Below, in pieces: positions 11,363-25,416 of a stretch of 64,000 bases of DNA. The stretch is taken from contig OX597815.1 of assembly GCA_951406725.2 (NCBI GenBank), positions 120,218,001 through 120,282,000 on the forward strand. Reading direction: 5' to 3'. This DNA is from Octopus vulgaris (lineage: Eukaryota). How positions within the stretch are numbered: position 1 is the stretch's first letter; the number at the start of each line of letters is the position of its first letter. Made by a program: the position numbers and the translations under genes. The notes under the pieces are model-generated. The model did not search any database. It saw only the letters and a list, made by a program, of their open reading frames with translations, and was not told the origin of the DNA.

Positions 11363-13569
11363 CTCCTGTAAGAACAAAGAAAGATATTTTCTTAGTATGT
11401 ATTACTTTATTCATTAACTTTTGGTCTATGAAGTTTAGTAGAATTGTCAAACAAAGCTCTTTTTTTAATTGTTCTGCACAGATTTGCTTAGTGAATTCAG
11501 TGGGAAGGCTGCAAAGATTATATTTATAGGCAGGAATAGTAAAAAGAAAAGATTCCAAATGGCAGTCAGTTAGGTTGAGGAGATTTAAGTTACATAATCA
11601 CAAATCGCAGCCAATAATGTGGTTCAAGCTAACAGTGAAGCATCATATTGTGTGTATCATACATGTATTTTGAAAAGGTCTGTTTTAGAAACGTTCATGA
11701 TGTCAGTATTGTTTGAAATGTGCTTTAGGAGCCATTGTTTTCCTTCTACTTCATGTGTAGCTACTAATTACACATGGAAAATGTGTAGTACTAACTCAAA
11801 TATTTCAAACAAGCATGGAAAAATCAGTATTATGTTGAAGTGTCAATGTTACACTTATGTACGATTTCTTTTTTCCTTGCCTGAGAGTATTGTATTCTGT
11901 TCCATTTGATTCTTTAATTTTCCCCACATTATGGCTTTATAATGTTTTGTCTTTTCAAGGAGGTGCACAATGTATTTTTCTAATTTGATTTTCATCTTGC
12001 ATCCTTGCACAATCAGTGAGAGGTTGTCCATAAATTCAACTTTTCTATAGAATACCACTGTTCAGTCTTTCCGAGTCTGACTTCAAACAGTTGTAGTATT
12101 TTGTAAATGCTATTTGTTCAGTCATTCAAATGTGTGTAATTGTATATATGCTAATTGTATGTTGGTGTTTGTATATACAGAAGTATGTAGGTGTACATAG
12201 TAATGCCCTATCTTTATGATATTCCTTTTCAATGTAAAAGAAATATAACAAAAATGCTAAGTTATGACCCATTTATGTATGTATTATTTTGGATAATGGT
12301 TAACATTGGCTTTATTTATTCAATAACTTTAAGTTGTATTCTGTCTGGAAACTTTTGTCTATCTACAACTTGCAGTCAATATTTGAAGGTTGGAGAGGAG
12401 CAGTTAAATTTAAGGAAAAATAAGAAATAGCCCATCTTCAGCTGCTTAAATATAGACCTTAAGAGTTGCAGCATTATATATTATAGCAACCTGAAATTTT
12501 TCACTATATTCATTAACAGACTTTTATCTTCAAGAAAAGAAAAAAAAAATGCATGCGAGATAATTTTTAAAGATTTTTTTTCTTTTGATAATAGAAAAAA
12601 AAATCTTTATTTTTGGTTGACTTTTAAGGTTAGCCTATTATTTTTGTATGGTTATGAATTAATGGTACTGATATATATGTGACATTGCTTACTGTAAATG
12701 TCTTTGACTTCTGTACTTGATGGTAATGATTTGTTATATTGACATAAGACTACAGACGAAAGATAAGCAGTTTGAGATGATTCTTTGACTGGTATTTGTT
12801 GACATGGGTGGGATGAAAGGTAGTCAATCCTTGATGGTAATTGAACTCAAAACTGCAGAAACAAAGCTAAATACTGTTAGGCACTTAGATGCCATTTTGC
12901 CATTCCATTGCTTTTTTTCATTTTTTTTTTAATTGTTTTTTTCCAAGAAAATCTTTTCATGTAAGGAGACTAGAGCTTTAACATGGAGTCGACGTTTTCA
13001 CTTTCTTTACATATCAGGCATTTCTAATTTCTCTTACACATGACTACTACTTTCACATTTTCACTGGGGTTTATTTCATTACATTTTTTTTTTTTGTTAT
13101 TAGGTTCTAAGCCGGTCAGCAGAAGTAGCAAATGCATATTATATTTTATCCTAAAATAATCAAGTTTGACTTTAGAGAATTCATGTCTACTTAGGCATTT
13201 TTTTTCATAAATAAATAATTTCTCACTTAGTTAAAGATATTTCTTGAATTCATTATTTTGCTTTCAATTCTATGTTGTATGAAGTATAGAGTAGTAACTC
13301 AAGCTCTTTATATGAATGTGATTTCCCATCATATTGATCCTTTTAAAACATATTTCTCTCTCTATAGATCTCTTTTTTTTCTTTCTTAATTTTTTTTTCA
13401 AACCAGCAAAATGTTTCTTATATATGGTGAGTGTAATAGCATATGCAACAAATTTATCTTTTCATTTTATTTAACTTAAACCCCTCCAAGTTTTACTTGT
13501 TTCAGCCATAGTCTTTGGCACCACCATAGTATAAGAAAAGCTAAATAAAATTTGATGTACAAAATAGTT

Positions 13570-13608
<39 letters not shown>

Positions 13609-13651
13609 ATGTACGTATGTATGTATGAGAGAGAGAGAGAGAGAGAGAGAG
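13570..13651. repeat. Compound microsatellite (TG)n(TATG)n(GA)n
   Basis: Read directly. Confidence 0.95.
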
Positions 13652-13836
13652 TATAGAATGTAATGGTTAATTTCCTTTCAGAGGAAAGGAAATGGAAAAA
13701 AAAAAGGAATTTTTGTCAAATTGTAAATAAACTACGTTGTGGCTTTATGTTAAAGCCCTTGTTTCTGAGTTGAACTTTTGCTTGTAGTGGGAGAAACTTT
13801 GTCCACTATGGTGAAGCAAACTACTATGTGTGTGTG

Positions 13837-13875
<39 letters not shown>

Positions 13876-14732
13876 CATATTGTAGTTATTTCTTTGGAAA
13901 TGTGCTTCCTTAGCTGAAATTTTTTTTTGTATTAAAAAAAAAAAAGTCAGTTTCACTAATTCAATTACGCATACATACACACACACACTTTTCACCTTGT
14001 ACATAAAATATTTCATTAATAATAATAATGATTGTATTATATTATTTAGCAAGCACCATAGAGGTAAGCTCCTAGTGGGCAGTCCTTGACCTGATTTTGA
14101 TTCTTAATTGTAACCATTTTACTCCAGTTTTGCCACTAATGCCTTGAGCAGGCATGAATGTCATAACTTCCCATCTCTCCATTCTTAAAAATATTGGGCT
14201 TCATGTTTATGTAAATGTACAATTATATGATTTTGTTGGAAAAGCTAACTTTTCCTGGATTCAAATGGATTGACTGTATATAAAATAAATGAACATTTTT
14301 TTTTTTTTTAAACTCATTTAGACTGACTGGTATGTTTGCCTGTAAAATCTGATTTCATGGCAAAAGCCCTACATAATTAAAACTGAGAAACAAACTGTTA
14401 ATTCTGGGTTTTTTGTTGTTTTTTTTCCTACTTTCCATATTCTGTTAAATATTGTACAATTTTTTAAAAGTTCTATACACGTGCTGTTTTTCAGGGAATT
14501 AGATATGGAAAATACTATCTTTCTTCCAGCATTATCTATAATTCTATAGAGAGTACTGTATCGTAGTTGTATACAGTGTATTTCTGTTTAGTTTGCTCAG
14601 TTATTTGTTGATATTTGTTCCAATTACAATATAGCCACAGCCATGATGAGTTTGAGGTGCTGGTCCACTGGTTGATATACCTGAATCTCCATTAGCATAT
14701 CACTGTCATTAGCAAAAATTTACTTAAAACCA

Positions 14733-14972
14733 TGAAGGTGCATGGCTAAGTGGTTAAGGTATTTGATTCAAGATTGTGAGTTTGGTTCCCAGTGGCATAG
14801 TGTGTCCTTGAGCTAAATACTTAATTTCACATTGCTCCAGTTCATGCAGCTGGCAAAAATGAGTTGTATCTGTATTTAAAAGGACCAGCCTTGTCACATT
14901 CTGTATCATGCTGAATCTCCCTGAGAACTGTTAAGGGTATGCATGTCTGTGAAGTGCTCAGCCACTTGCATT
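14733..14972 (+). mobile_element. tRNA-derived SINE group B
   Basis: Head GAAGGTGCATGGCTAAGTGGTTAAG and core GTGTCCTTGAGC...TTGCTCCAG...CAGCTGGCAAAAATGAG. Same family as 52575-52885. Confidence 0.7.
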
Positions 14973-15649
14973 CATTTGATTATAATGATGTCGATCCAAT
15001 CAACAGAACAGCTTGCTTACTAATTAACATGCAAGTTATTATATTTAAAAATGTTATTTCACCAAATAGGCACCACAAATATACAATCCAAATTCTATCA
15101 ACAAGGTTTCTTTAGAATTCTTCTCTTTTAATATTTTGTTGTCATGGGGTTTAAATTTTTTTCATGAACTAAAGGAAAATCTAAATTCTCCAGTTAGTGT
15201 ATGAATGTTTAAGGAATCATCTGGTGTAGATTTGACAAGAATATATGGAAAATTTATGTAAGATGAGACAGAAAAAAAAACCAATTCTGTATAGCTTAAA
15301 TTATTTTCAAAGAAAATAATTTTGCAGATCCCTAGTTTCTATGGTGTTAAGATGTCTTCCTTGGGGTAGGATGCTACTTTATCACAATATCTATCAAAAG
15401 TAAAAAATTGAATTAAGTACTAAGTAAACTTTTGTGGTACTGCTTCTCCCATAGGTGAGATGCTCATACATAGCAGTGCATGTTATAAGTAGGTGGGATT
15501 AGCTGTGTAGATGTTTAAGTATCTTGGCCCATACATGCATAACAGTATTGGTGACAAACCCCCAAATGATTGGATCCTATTTTGTTGGACAAGATTAAAT
15601 GTGCAAGATAATTTAGAAGTTCCATTTAGTATTTAAATGATGTATAACA

Positions 15650-16090
15650 TTTTTCTTAAGACCCATCAAGCCAAGTGAAACCATAGCTGTGGTCATTGTT
15701 GGTGTTGCATAACTGGCACCTGTTCTGGTGGAATGTATAAAAAAAAAAACAGCACCTCTTGAGTGTTGGGCCTCAAGAGGCAATGTGGCTGGGCACTTAA
15801 AAAGCACCTTCCAAACACTGGGCCTCACAGAGGCTATGACAAATAATGTGCTTAAGACCCATCAAGCCAAGTGAAATAGTCACGACATATTGTTGGCATA
15901 CAAACTGACACCTGTACCAGTGGCACATAAAAGCATCCATTACACTCTGAGTGGTTGGTGTTAGGAAGGGCATCCAGTTGTAGAAACCATGATAAATCAG
16001 ATTAGTCTGGTGCAGCCTCTCAGCTTACACCCCTGGTCAAACCGTCCAACCTATGCCAGCATGGGCAACGGACGCTAAATGATGATGATG
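15650..16090 (+). mobile_element. RTE LINE 3' UTR fragment with internal duplication
   Basis: AAGACCCATCAAGCCAAGTGAAA occurs twice, GGCAC..AAAAGCA units, tail ending in (GAT)n. Confidence 0.7.
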
Positions 16091-17335
16091 GTGGCTAGTT
16101 TCTATTGTATTGCAAGTATCTAAGATATATTTATTTTAGAAATATGCCATTATTAAAAGCTGAAAGAATATTCCTGGTTCTAAAAACGGCACACTGTAAT
16201 GATAGTTCCATTCAAGTGTCCGGGTATATTTAGTTCATCTGCTGCTTGCTGATTGTATGAATGACAGTGGCTTAGTATTATCATAAACTCCCTGAGCTAT
16301 GATAGTCAACAGGGGACTGGTGTTCAGAGGGAAATGATGGATGTAGTTGGGAGAAGGATGTGAATATTAGGTGGGGTTGACAGAAAGAAAAGAAATTGTA
16401 CATTAAGTAGTTCAACTGGGCTCAGTTGTTGGTTTATATTAATGCTAAAGGGACTTTTTTGAACCACTCTGTATCTGCAGGAATAAAATTAGTAAAAATC
16501 TTCAGTGGTATCTCAAGTGTTATGCAGGCTAACAACATTTATAATAACCCTCACTGTGCGAACTAAATTTTTGCATACTAACATGCAGATGTAAATATAC
16601 AAATCATTTCATGCAACCAGTTTCTATTCTGCTAAAAATAAAATGTGTGTTCTACATTAAATGAAATGTGGAGAATTCTGAAAAATGCCCCACCAACAAA
16701 AACATGTTGACTTGGTTCATGTTTCTCAAGTGCACATACACAGAACCAAGTATACTTTGTTCCCATGCAGTAAGAGTTAAATGTTGCTATTTATGTCTTT
16801 GAGAAGTAATATTGTCCCGACTAGAACTACAAAAAATGTTGGGTCCCTTTTCTCTAAACTGAAGATAGTTTTGTTTGAAGTGTCAGCAATTCCCTTAGGT
16901 CTATACTCCACCAATTATATAATAGTAATTCTTTTTTAGTAAATATCTTGGTTAGCTGTTAACCCTTTTTGATATCATTCTGTTTGAGACTGTCCTTGAC
17001 TATTATACAAACTCTGTATAAATGTGATTTAAATTTATACCTTGCATCAAAATTTTATGTTAATTTGTTTCACACCAAAGTTATTTTATTAAATTCTTCA
17101 TTATCTTTAAAATAAAACAAAAGCACATGCATTTCAATAGAGAAATTGTAAGATTCAAGTAATCTACTCATTATGAATTTAGAAAAATTCCCATCCCAAC
17201 CTTTTGGCTTCTACTGTGAAATGATTAGGAAGTTTATTTTGCAACCATGAGGTCCTATGATCAATCCTGGGCAAATGTAATTTTCAGTTGCCTCACGTCA
17301 ATCCATAGCTTTTGAGTGATATTGATTTAATAGAA

Positions 17336-17559
17336 GCTGGCAGAAACATTAGCATGCCAGGCGAAATGCTTAGCGGTATTTCGTCTGCCTCTACATTCTG
17401 AGTTCAAATTCCGCCAAGGTTGACTTTGCCTTTCATCCTTTCGGGGTTGATTAAATAAGTACCAGTTACGCACTGGAGTCGATATAATTGACTTAATTCA
17501 TTTGTCTGTCCTTGTTTGTCCCTTCTTTGTGTAGCCCCTTGTGGGCAGTAAAGAAATAA
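17336..17559 (+). mobile_element. SINE group C nested in a degenerate group A SINE
   Basis: GGCAGAAACATTAGC...TTCTGAGTTCAAATTCCGCC...GACTTTGCCTTTCATCCTTTCGGGG...AAAGAAATA. The flanks continue group A sequence. Confidence 0.8.
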
Positions 17560-18619
17560 GAAACTGAAAGAAGCCTATCAAACAGTTTGTACTTATAATT
17601 CAAATGTACAGCCTTGTCATACTGATTCTGCTCAAGTGTTTCGTTGTAATCAGTTTTAGTAGTGCATATTCAAGGAAAAAAGTTTTTAGTGCATAAAAGT
17701 TTGTCAGGTCCAACTTTGCAGATAGGTCCCTGGATGATTCTATTTTAGATATCTCTTTGGGGAAGGGGATAAAGCATTTTGTATGCTTATGGATTGGTGA
17801 GGCACTTATTAATCCAGGAGCAGGTAATTCAGTTGGACAAACTGAATCCACATTGTTGATTAACGTTGATCCTCCATTATTTTCTTCTTAGCATCATATT
17901 GGCTTCAATCTCTTACATGTGAATTTACTTAAAGTATATTGCATAATTAATATTTAAGTAATATCTTTACTTTTAAATCTCTAGTTAAGGTAGCTTGATT
18001 ATGGAGTAGAAATCCAAGGATAAAACTTGTGTAGTCATTTTTAAGCTGTTGTATATTAAGTTGGCTAGTTGTTGAGTCATTGTTTATCTGCTGTGTGTAT
18101 TTACAATTAAATATCAACCTACTTCATCAATTGAATACACTTCAGAGAAGCAATAATATATGTATGTGCTTGATATAAAATTGTACATCTGTAAATTTAT
18201 TTGAAGATGCCTTGCTGAGTTTTCTCGGTTTAAATCTGGTAGCCTTTTCACAGTGTCTGGCTTAAAAATGTAATTAAGAATGTGAAGAATATCACGTTTG
18301 AAACACCTGAAATGAGAAATTGGTTGAAGAATTATTAGTCTGGTGTTAGTTATATTTAACAAAAAAACAAAACAAAAAAAAAAGCTCTGAACACAAGATC
18401 TCCCCTTCCTACAGAATAAAAAACAAAAGAACAGGGTAATTTCCTCCAGTGTACTAATCTCATCTATTACTCTATTATAATAATGGTATCAGTAAAAAAT
18501 CAGTAAGCAAACAATTTGTTTACTGAATATGTAAACAAAGCCAGGGGCTTGTTTAGGCCAGAAGTATCCGTACCTTTTGAGCCTGGTAAATAGAAACTGA
18601 AAGAAGCCTGTTTGGTGTA

Positions 18620-18876
18620 TGAAGGCACATGGTTCAGTTGTTAGAATGTTGGGCTAACAATCATGAGGTTGTTAGTTCAATACCTAAATTGGGTTGTGTG
18701 TTTTGTTCTTGAGCAAGACACTTTATTTCACATTGCTCTAGTTCACTCAGCTACAGAAATAAGTTGTGATTTTACTGGTGATAAACTCATAAACACACAT
18801 CACCTGGTCTGAGATTTGAACCCATGATCCCTCAACCATGAATCTGTTGCTCTAACCACTAGGTCATGTACCTCCA
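18620..18876. mobile_element. Two group B SINE heads in opposite orientation
   Basis: GAAGGCACATGGTTCAGTTGTTAG on + and CTAACCACTAGGTCATGTACCTCCAC (reverse-strand head). Confidence 0.55.
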
Positions 18877-19915
18877 CTGCATCAGTTTACTCAGCTGAAA
18901 ATGACTACAAGCTGACTGTCAGGGCAGCTGTCTCACTCCAGCAAACACATCGTTGATGTTTCACCAGTTTGACGAGGGGAGAACCGAGAGTCTGTGTCTA
19001 CTCATGATTATGTAGGCACCTAAGACAATTAGCAAAAGCATGGTAGATGCTATCAACCCATACTTACTTGCAAGCAACTTCGATAACTTTTTTACAATAT
19101 ATATATATATATATATAATTCAAATATATCCTGTCCAGTCCTCTTTGTCACTTCACCTATATTCACCTCTCTCATGTACCTTGTGAGTATGTCCCAGCAT
19201 CACCAACATCCCTCTTACACTCTCTTCCTCACTTTCTGTCTGCTCCCCCCTCTCTCTCACACCCTCTAACCGTCCCTATATTTCTCTCAAAATCTTGCTT
19301 TCTCTCCTTTCTTTTTCATCTTGGGTATATATGTATCCCCTTACAGTAAGGTACCTACCACTATCCCTCTGTTATTTTTTTAACCTCTCATCAACTGTCA
19401 TAAAGCCACCTCCATCAATACTGCTCCCCACATCAGTTGAGGGAACTTACAAAACAGTTGGTGACCTTTCTGCTGCTAGTGCCATGTAAGAAGCGATACC
19501 ATTATACAAAGTAACACTTCAAATTTTCCCAATCTGTTTTAAAAACTTTGTCCTTACCATCAAGAGTTGTATGTTAATATAAGACTTTCTAAAATCTTTT
19601 TAAATAGTAGAACTCCAAGTAGATAAGACTATAAACAGCATGTAGAATATTGGGTTAAAAATCTACTTGAACAGTGGCATAGCTACGGTAAACTGTTCCC
19701 GGGGCAAGCTGCAAAAAAATGCGCCCTCCCACTCCATTCTCAAAATCCACAAAATCATGTAGTACCTATTTGTTACAAGTAATTAATGTTTTAAAGCAAT
19801 ATTTTAGGAATAAATACTTTACTGGACCTCATTTTCCTGCTGGTTCAGTACAGTCTGTAATTCAAAATATATTTTTAGAATTTTACTTTCACGAAACCTC
19901 CTTATTTTAACCGTA

Positions 19916-20279
19916 GGCGCAGGAGTGGCTGTGTGGTAAGTAGCTTGCTTACCAGCCACATGGTTCCAGGTTCAGTCCCACTGCGTGGTACCTTGGGCAA
20001 GTGCCTTCTATGGCCTCCAGCTGACCAAAGCCTTGTGAGTGGATTTGGTAGACGGAAACTGAAAGAAGCCTGTCATATATATGTATGTGTTTGTCCCCAC
20101 CAACATCGCTTGACAACCGATGCTGGTATGTTTACGTTCCAGTAACTTAGTGGTTCGGCAAAAGAGACTGATAGAATAAGTACTAGGCTTACAAAGAGTA
20201 AGTCCTGGAGTCAATTTCCTCGACTAAAGGCAGTGCTCCAGCATGGCCGTAGTCAAATGACTGAAACAAGTAAAAGAGT
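19916..20279 (+). mobile_element. tRNA-derived SINE group A (CORE-like), near full length
   Basis: A-box TGGCTGTGTGGT, B-box GGTTCAGTCCC, ACCTTGGGCAAGT CORE-like motif, internal (TA)/(TG) tract, tail TGACTGAAACAAGTAAAAGAG. Confidence 0.9.
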
Positions 20280-20568
20280 TTAGTGCACCAGCTTCAATTA
20301 CATTGACCCCCAGTACTTGACTGGTACTTAATTTATCAATCCTGAAAGAATGAAAGGCCTAGAAATTTTGAGGATAGGGATTAAGTTGGTTACATCTACC
20401 TCAGTGCCCAACTTATTTTATCAGTCCTGAAAGGATGAAAGACAGCAGATTTTGAACTCAGAATAATAATAAAAGGATTTACACATTGGATAATGTCTAT
20501 CTTGAGATATGACATCTAAATAAAATAACATTGTAACCAGAACACCTTTTGATCAGAGCTAACTTGGT

Positions 20569-20627
20569 TTAAGCAATAACAAATGCTAACTTTTGAAGAA
20601 GAATGGCTATTTCTTGCACATACACAC
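20569..20627 (-). CDS. SRCR-ZP gene, probable last coding exon (GVYVQEIAILLQKLAFVIA*)
   Basis: tatttccattcAG acceptor. Phase 1 fits the donor at 21658 and gives a moderately hydrophobic C-terminus. An alternative last exon cannot be excluded. Confidence 0.6.
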
Positions 20628-21074
20628 CTGAATGGAAATATTCCCCACAAAAAAGGAAAGAGCTAAAAGGAGATGACATGGATTCTTCAAGTTCCAATAC
20701 AGGCAATCTGTTTAGGGAAAGAGTAGCTTTGAATAAAAATATTAATGAAAGATAGAGAGGACCCTTTAGTCTTGTCTTAGATATTCTCTGTAATGCTGAG
20801 TGTGTGATCAAATACACCCAGTCCACATTGTTATGTTTTCGGTGATAGGAAGGTTAATTTACTGTAAAGTTTTCAAATGTGAGGGACTACAGGTATGCAA
20901 TGTAGGAAAGGATGTTTTTGGCAGATTTGGTATTACTGAAGTCAATCTGTTAATGAATGATTATCATTATAACTGACTTCATCGCGTTTTGAGATTTTGA
21001 AAACCTGGCTGAAAGTTGGCATAGCCAGAAAGGTTGCCTTTTATTATGGAACAAGCACCACCCTCATTATGATC

Positions 21075-21511
21075 ATGATTGTCATTGTTTTAATGTCCAA
21101 TTTTTCATGCTTTTATGGGTCATACAGAATTTGTTGAGGCAGATTTTCTATGGCCAGATGCCCTTCTTGTTGCTGACCCTCACCTGTTTCCAAGTAAGGT
21201 TGACCCCATAGCCTGACGTGTCTTCACAGAAGATTACTTATGAAAGACACTATTTGCATGATGATAACACTTGCTTACAACCGTCATGTAATGTCCAGAC
21301 AAGGAAAGACCCCCACTCTCTCTTTCCCTCACACAAACACATATACATATGACAGACTTTCCATTTACTTCCTACCAAATCCACTTGCAAGGCTTTGCTA
21401 AGTCCATGGCTAATGTAGAAGCCACTTACTCAAGGTACTACATAATGGGACTGAACCTGGAACCATGTGGTTGAGTAAGAAGCTTCTTGAACATACAACC
21501 ACAAATGTGCC
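21075..21511 (-). mobile_element. Group A SINE with RTE-type tail
   Basis: Head at about 21510 (GGGACTGAACC on +) and tail GATGCCCTTCTTGTTGC near 21160. Confidence 0.7.
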
Positions 21512-21657
21512 TATAAATTATGGCACACTATAATGTTTTTATATGGTTATTATTATATATCATTGAATGTCAACTTGCTTTTTTCAGGGGGTGATTTTTG
21601 ATTTATTTACCACAGTTCATTAAAAACAAATGAGCTAAGAACATAAAGTATACTCAC

Positions 21658-22301
21658 CTGAGCCACATGAAGAAGTAAACTTGGATGTTCTTGGATTATT
21701 CTTGGTCAACAAAGAATTATTTGCAAGAGTTTTTTTAATTTCACCATTATTAAGTTGTAATGTGCTTAAAGTAACTGGTGATGCTGTTTTACTAGTAACA
21801 AGCTGTTTTTTGCGTGTATTAACCAGAATTTCATTGTGAAGGTTCGTTGGGGTTGAAAAGTTTTCTGGTGCTTCCGTAGTTTGTCTTGGAATGGATTTTG
21901 TTAAAATTTGGGATGTGGTATATTTTGTTAATACAGAACTGGGATTTACTTTTTGTTGATTTAAATATGTAGATTGTTCTTTAGAACTAGAAACTGTTGA
22001 AGTAATTACATTGGAAATGTCTTCAGTATCATTTTGGCTTTCTGATAAAATGAAAGCATTGCTTACTACTTCTTCTTTATAAGGAGAGCCATCTTCAAAT
22101 TGACTTGCTTCTCGTTTGTTCCTTTTATTTAGACTACAAGTTCTGTCACATTCTGCATTCTTTATGTCTGTGTGACAAACAAAGACAGAGCAGTGAAGAT
22201 AAAGTGGGTCATAATTATTGAAGAAACGGAAAGTTTGGAATCTAAAACCAAACATGGACTGACTCACTGGTGTAAATGATACGGTTCTGTCTAATGTACA
22301 C
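21658..22301 (-). CDS. SRCR-ZP gene exon: end of ZP-C, furin site RNKR, external hydrophobic patch, Ser/Thr-rich stalk
   Basis: ttttcAG acceptor, G|GTGAGT donor. CTLDRTV...FRFQTFRF...LYLHCSVFVC...CDRTC..KRNKR is a typical ZP-C. Confidence 0.92.
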
Positions 22302-23079
22302 CTGAAAAGAAAAGAAAAAAAGATAAAAGTAGCTTATGCTTAGGAAGAGCATCCAGCCATAGAAACCATATCAAAGGAGACAGTGGGACATGATGCAGTC
22401 CTTGGATCTATTGGATCCGCTCATACCATTTAGCCCATACAAGCATGGAACAAGGACATTGAATGATGATAATGATGATGGGAAAGAACTTGCTACTTAT
22501 TAGGTTTGAAAGCTGGAGATACTGTTCATATGAATTGGATAGAGTCATGGGTGTGTTGTTAAAATATTTGATTTGCAACGATTTAGTTCTAGGTTCAATT
22601 TTGCTACAATTTCAGGTAATTGACTTCTCCTATGATCTTGACTTGGCTGATACTTTGTGAGTAAATTTTGTAGATAAGAAATCACTACCTACATATTTTG
22701 AAGCTTTTCCTGTTTTGGCATGGGTTACATAAGCAACATATTTTAGTTAATTAAAAAACGTTATACCCACTTTTCCATTACTTTCAACACAATTAGTAAC
22801 TTATTAATGTTCAACTGAGTTATCTTCCCTTATTCTTACGTTTACTTTGTTTTTCTCATCTTACGTGGATGATGACAGCAAATCTTCAAACCAACTCTTG
22901 GAAATAGATGTAAAAACTTTCTATAAGTTAGAATTGTTGTGAGCTTAAGGTTTTGAATTATTGATTATCTAATGCTTACATCATGGTAATTGAGTACAGG
23001 TTCACTCTTACTGTTTGGTTGAAAAGTTAACTGTAAGATGGACAAATGTACAAACAATTACTGCAATAATATAAATCTA

Positions 23080-23485
23080 CATGCCCACAAAAAAGCATAA
23101 CAAATCGATTTGAATGTATTTCATTTTCTATAATGGGAATTATAGTAAAGGGACTTCCACCACAATATTTAGACTGTATTGCAGTTTGGTGACACTGAGA
23201 CTATGCCAGCAAAGTACAAGCTTCTGGTGGAACCTTCCATACTGGACAGGTCAAAGGACAGAGGCCAGACTAATATGGACCATTTCTTTCCAGAGATAGA
23301 AATGGATTTGCAGAAGACCAACACCAATACCTGGGGGAAAAAAAGCAAAGTTATAGGTACATCATTGACAATTCAAAACTAAAACCTGGGAGAAGGCTTA
23401 CTCTCAAACTGCCTAGAGTTGAGAACTGTGGAGCAAAGTCATCAATGGCCTATGCCCACCAGAAAGTAAAGGGCTGAAGCAAGTC
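23080..23485 (+). mobile_element. Degenerate RTE-clade LINE 3' fragment
   Basis: Remnant RG.TN..., EMDLQKTN..W and WSKVINGLCP motifs resembling RTE C-termini. Frameshifted. Confidence 0.4.
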
Positions 23486-23669
23486 ATATAAGAACTTGCA
23501 TATAAATGGGAAGATTAGAATTTACTCTTGTTATATCCAACACCTTCCTCAAGCCCAACACAAATCATTTGTTCAGTCCCTCCTTCCCAGAATGTGCCAT
23601 GCACTGTTCCTTCTTCCAGACTCAGTAAGTAGAAAGGATTAAGAAAAAATTGGTAAGTGAAGGACTCAC

Positions 23670-24061
23670 TTGTTCTCAAAAAGTTGATATCTTGGGTTGC
23701 TGTTTTTGTCCTGAGATGTTGTTACCCAACATGCTGGTACTATTAATTTCAATTTTAAATTGCTTGTTACTAAAGTAATTGCAACATTCAACCATGTTGT
23801 CAGAGTGACTTTCATAGGAAAGTTGGTGACTACATTAGTGAAGGTATTCTCTTTATAGAACTCAAGTCTGAAAAGGAATGATCCAGCAGAACGTTCAGTT
23901 ACTGCAACAGTCTGTACTACCCAAGGATTTTGGATAATGTCATCCTTACGTTTATAAGCACATTGAAAAGTCATCCTAATGGTATTGCTTCGCACAATGA
24001 TATCTTTTGTGACAGGTTTGTGGAAAATTGTCATGCTGAAGAGGAGATGTGTACTGTTTAT
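23670..24061 (-). CDS. SRCR-ZP gene exon: end of ZP-N and start of ZP-C
   Basis: tttcAG acceptor, AA|GTGAGT donor. IIVRSN.IRMTFQCAY, GSFLFRLEFY and LIVPACWVT...YQLFENK are ZP motifs. Confidence 0.92.
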
Positions 24062-24177
24062 CTGAAATATAGTTTAAAAAATATTTTAGAGCAAATTTTC
24101 TACAGATAATTTTTAGTTTGGAAAAATATTTTGTTATGTTTTTATATAAATGGCAATTTAATAGGTCATACCAAATA

Positions 24178-25024
24178 CTAGGTGGTATCAAAAAGTTCCT
24201 GGACTACTTCTGTAGTACGCCAACAGATGGCAGCACACAGTAAGAGCTAGCAGTGACCTTCATGACGTAGAGTGCTGCGTGACATCATTGTGTTTACTTC
24301 GCAAGTTGTGAAATTTGTATTTTTGTGATCATATATATGCTGTAGTCTGTGAATTTTGTCATGGACTGGAAGTTGGAACAAAGAGCGAATGTGATTTTTT
24401 TTGCGTTAAACTTAGGAAGTCTGCTACAGATACATTGAGCATGCTTCAGCTAGCTTACAGTGATGAAGCAATGAGTCACACAATATTTCGAGTGGAACAG
24501 GCGCTTCAAAAGGCATGACAAATCTGCTGCTCAGTCAAGAGCAGGCTCATCGTTTTTTCCAACATACCTTGGATCGTGCATTGAGAATTCGGCCCCCACG
24601 GCCAGACCATCAATCAAAAGTTCTGTGTTGTTTTGAAGTGTCTGAGGGAGGACATTCAGTGAAAGCGATTGAATCCATGGAGTGTGAAGAATTGGATTCT
24701 TCATGACAACCATGCACTTTGTCACTTAACTCTCTTCACTCATGAATTTCTCACCAAAAGCAACATGGTGTCACTTCTGCATCCACCCTATTTGCAGCTC
24801 AAAAGTCACCATTTTAATACGGTTGTCAAGATCAACAGAAGGCCCTCAACTTGCTTATAGAAAATGACCTCCAGGCCAGATTCCAAAAATGGCAGGAGCA
24901 CTGGGACCAGTGTAATTGCTCTGCAAGGAAACTATTTCAAAGACAATGTTAAAGCATAGGTAAATAAGTTTTTTTTTTTTTTTATTAAACATAACTAGTC
25001 CAGGAACTTTTTGATATCATTCTG
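24178..25024 (+). mobile_element. Internally deleted mariner (Tc1/mariner) element
   Basis: TIRs of about 28 bp (TATCAAAAAGTTCCTGGACTA core) flanked by TA. Transposase remnants CVKLRKSATDTLSMLQLAYSDEAMS, WILHDNHA and HPPY. Confidence 0.88.
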
Positions 25025-25416
25025 TAACATCTTCTGAAACTTATAACTTTTTTACATAGATATTCTTCCTTCATAAATCCAGTTAATTGTTTTTATTATT
25101 TTTTTACTCCACAAAATTTTTATGTAAAATAATGGGTTGTGAAAAAAACGTTTGTTTGGAATAATTTGTTCTATGTCTGTTTTTCCATGCTAGCATGGAT
25201 AAGATGAATATGTTACTGAGCCATTGCTTTACTGCTGGATGACCATTCTTATGCTAACCCTTATCTGCTTTTCAAATAAAGGATCTTTTATTCCACATGG
25301 CTTTGGAAGCACAAAGCAAGTGGACAGTCAGTAAAATTTGGGATCTAATAAAAGTGAATTTAGAATAAAGATTTTATTAAAGCTATTGTTTACCTTGTTA
25401 GAATATATATAGAAAA

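Noticed and set aside
17600-17851. 83-aa minus-strand ORF as an alternative last exon of the SRCR-ZP gene
   Set aside because: An in-frame stop lies shortly upstream, there is no clear polypyrimidine acceptor, and it has no TM segment or homology.
19916-19990. tRNA gene
   Set aside because: The A and B boxes belong to a multi-copy SINE head. No complete cloverleaf.
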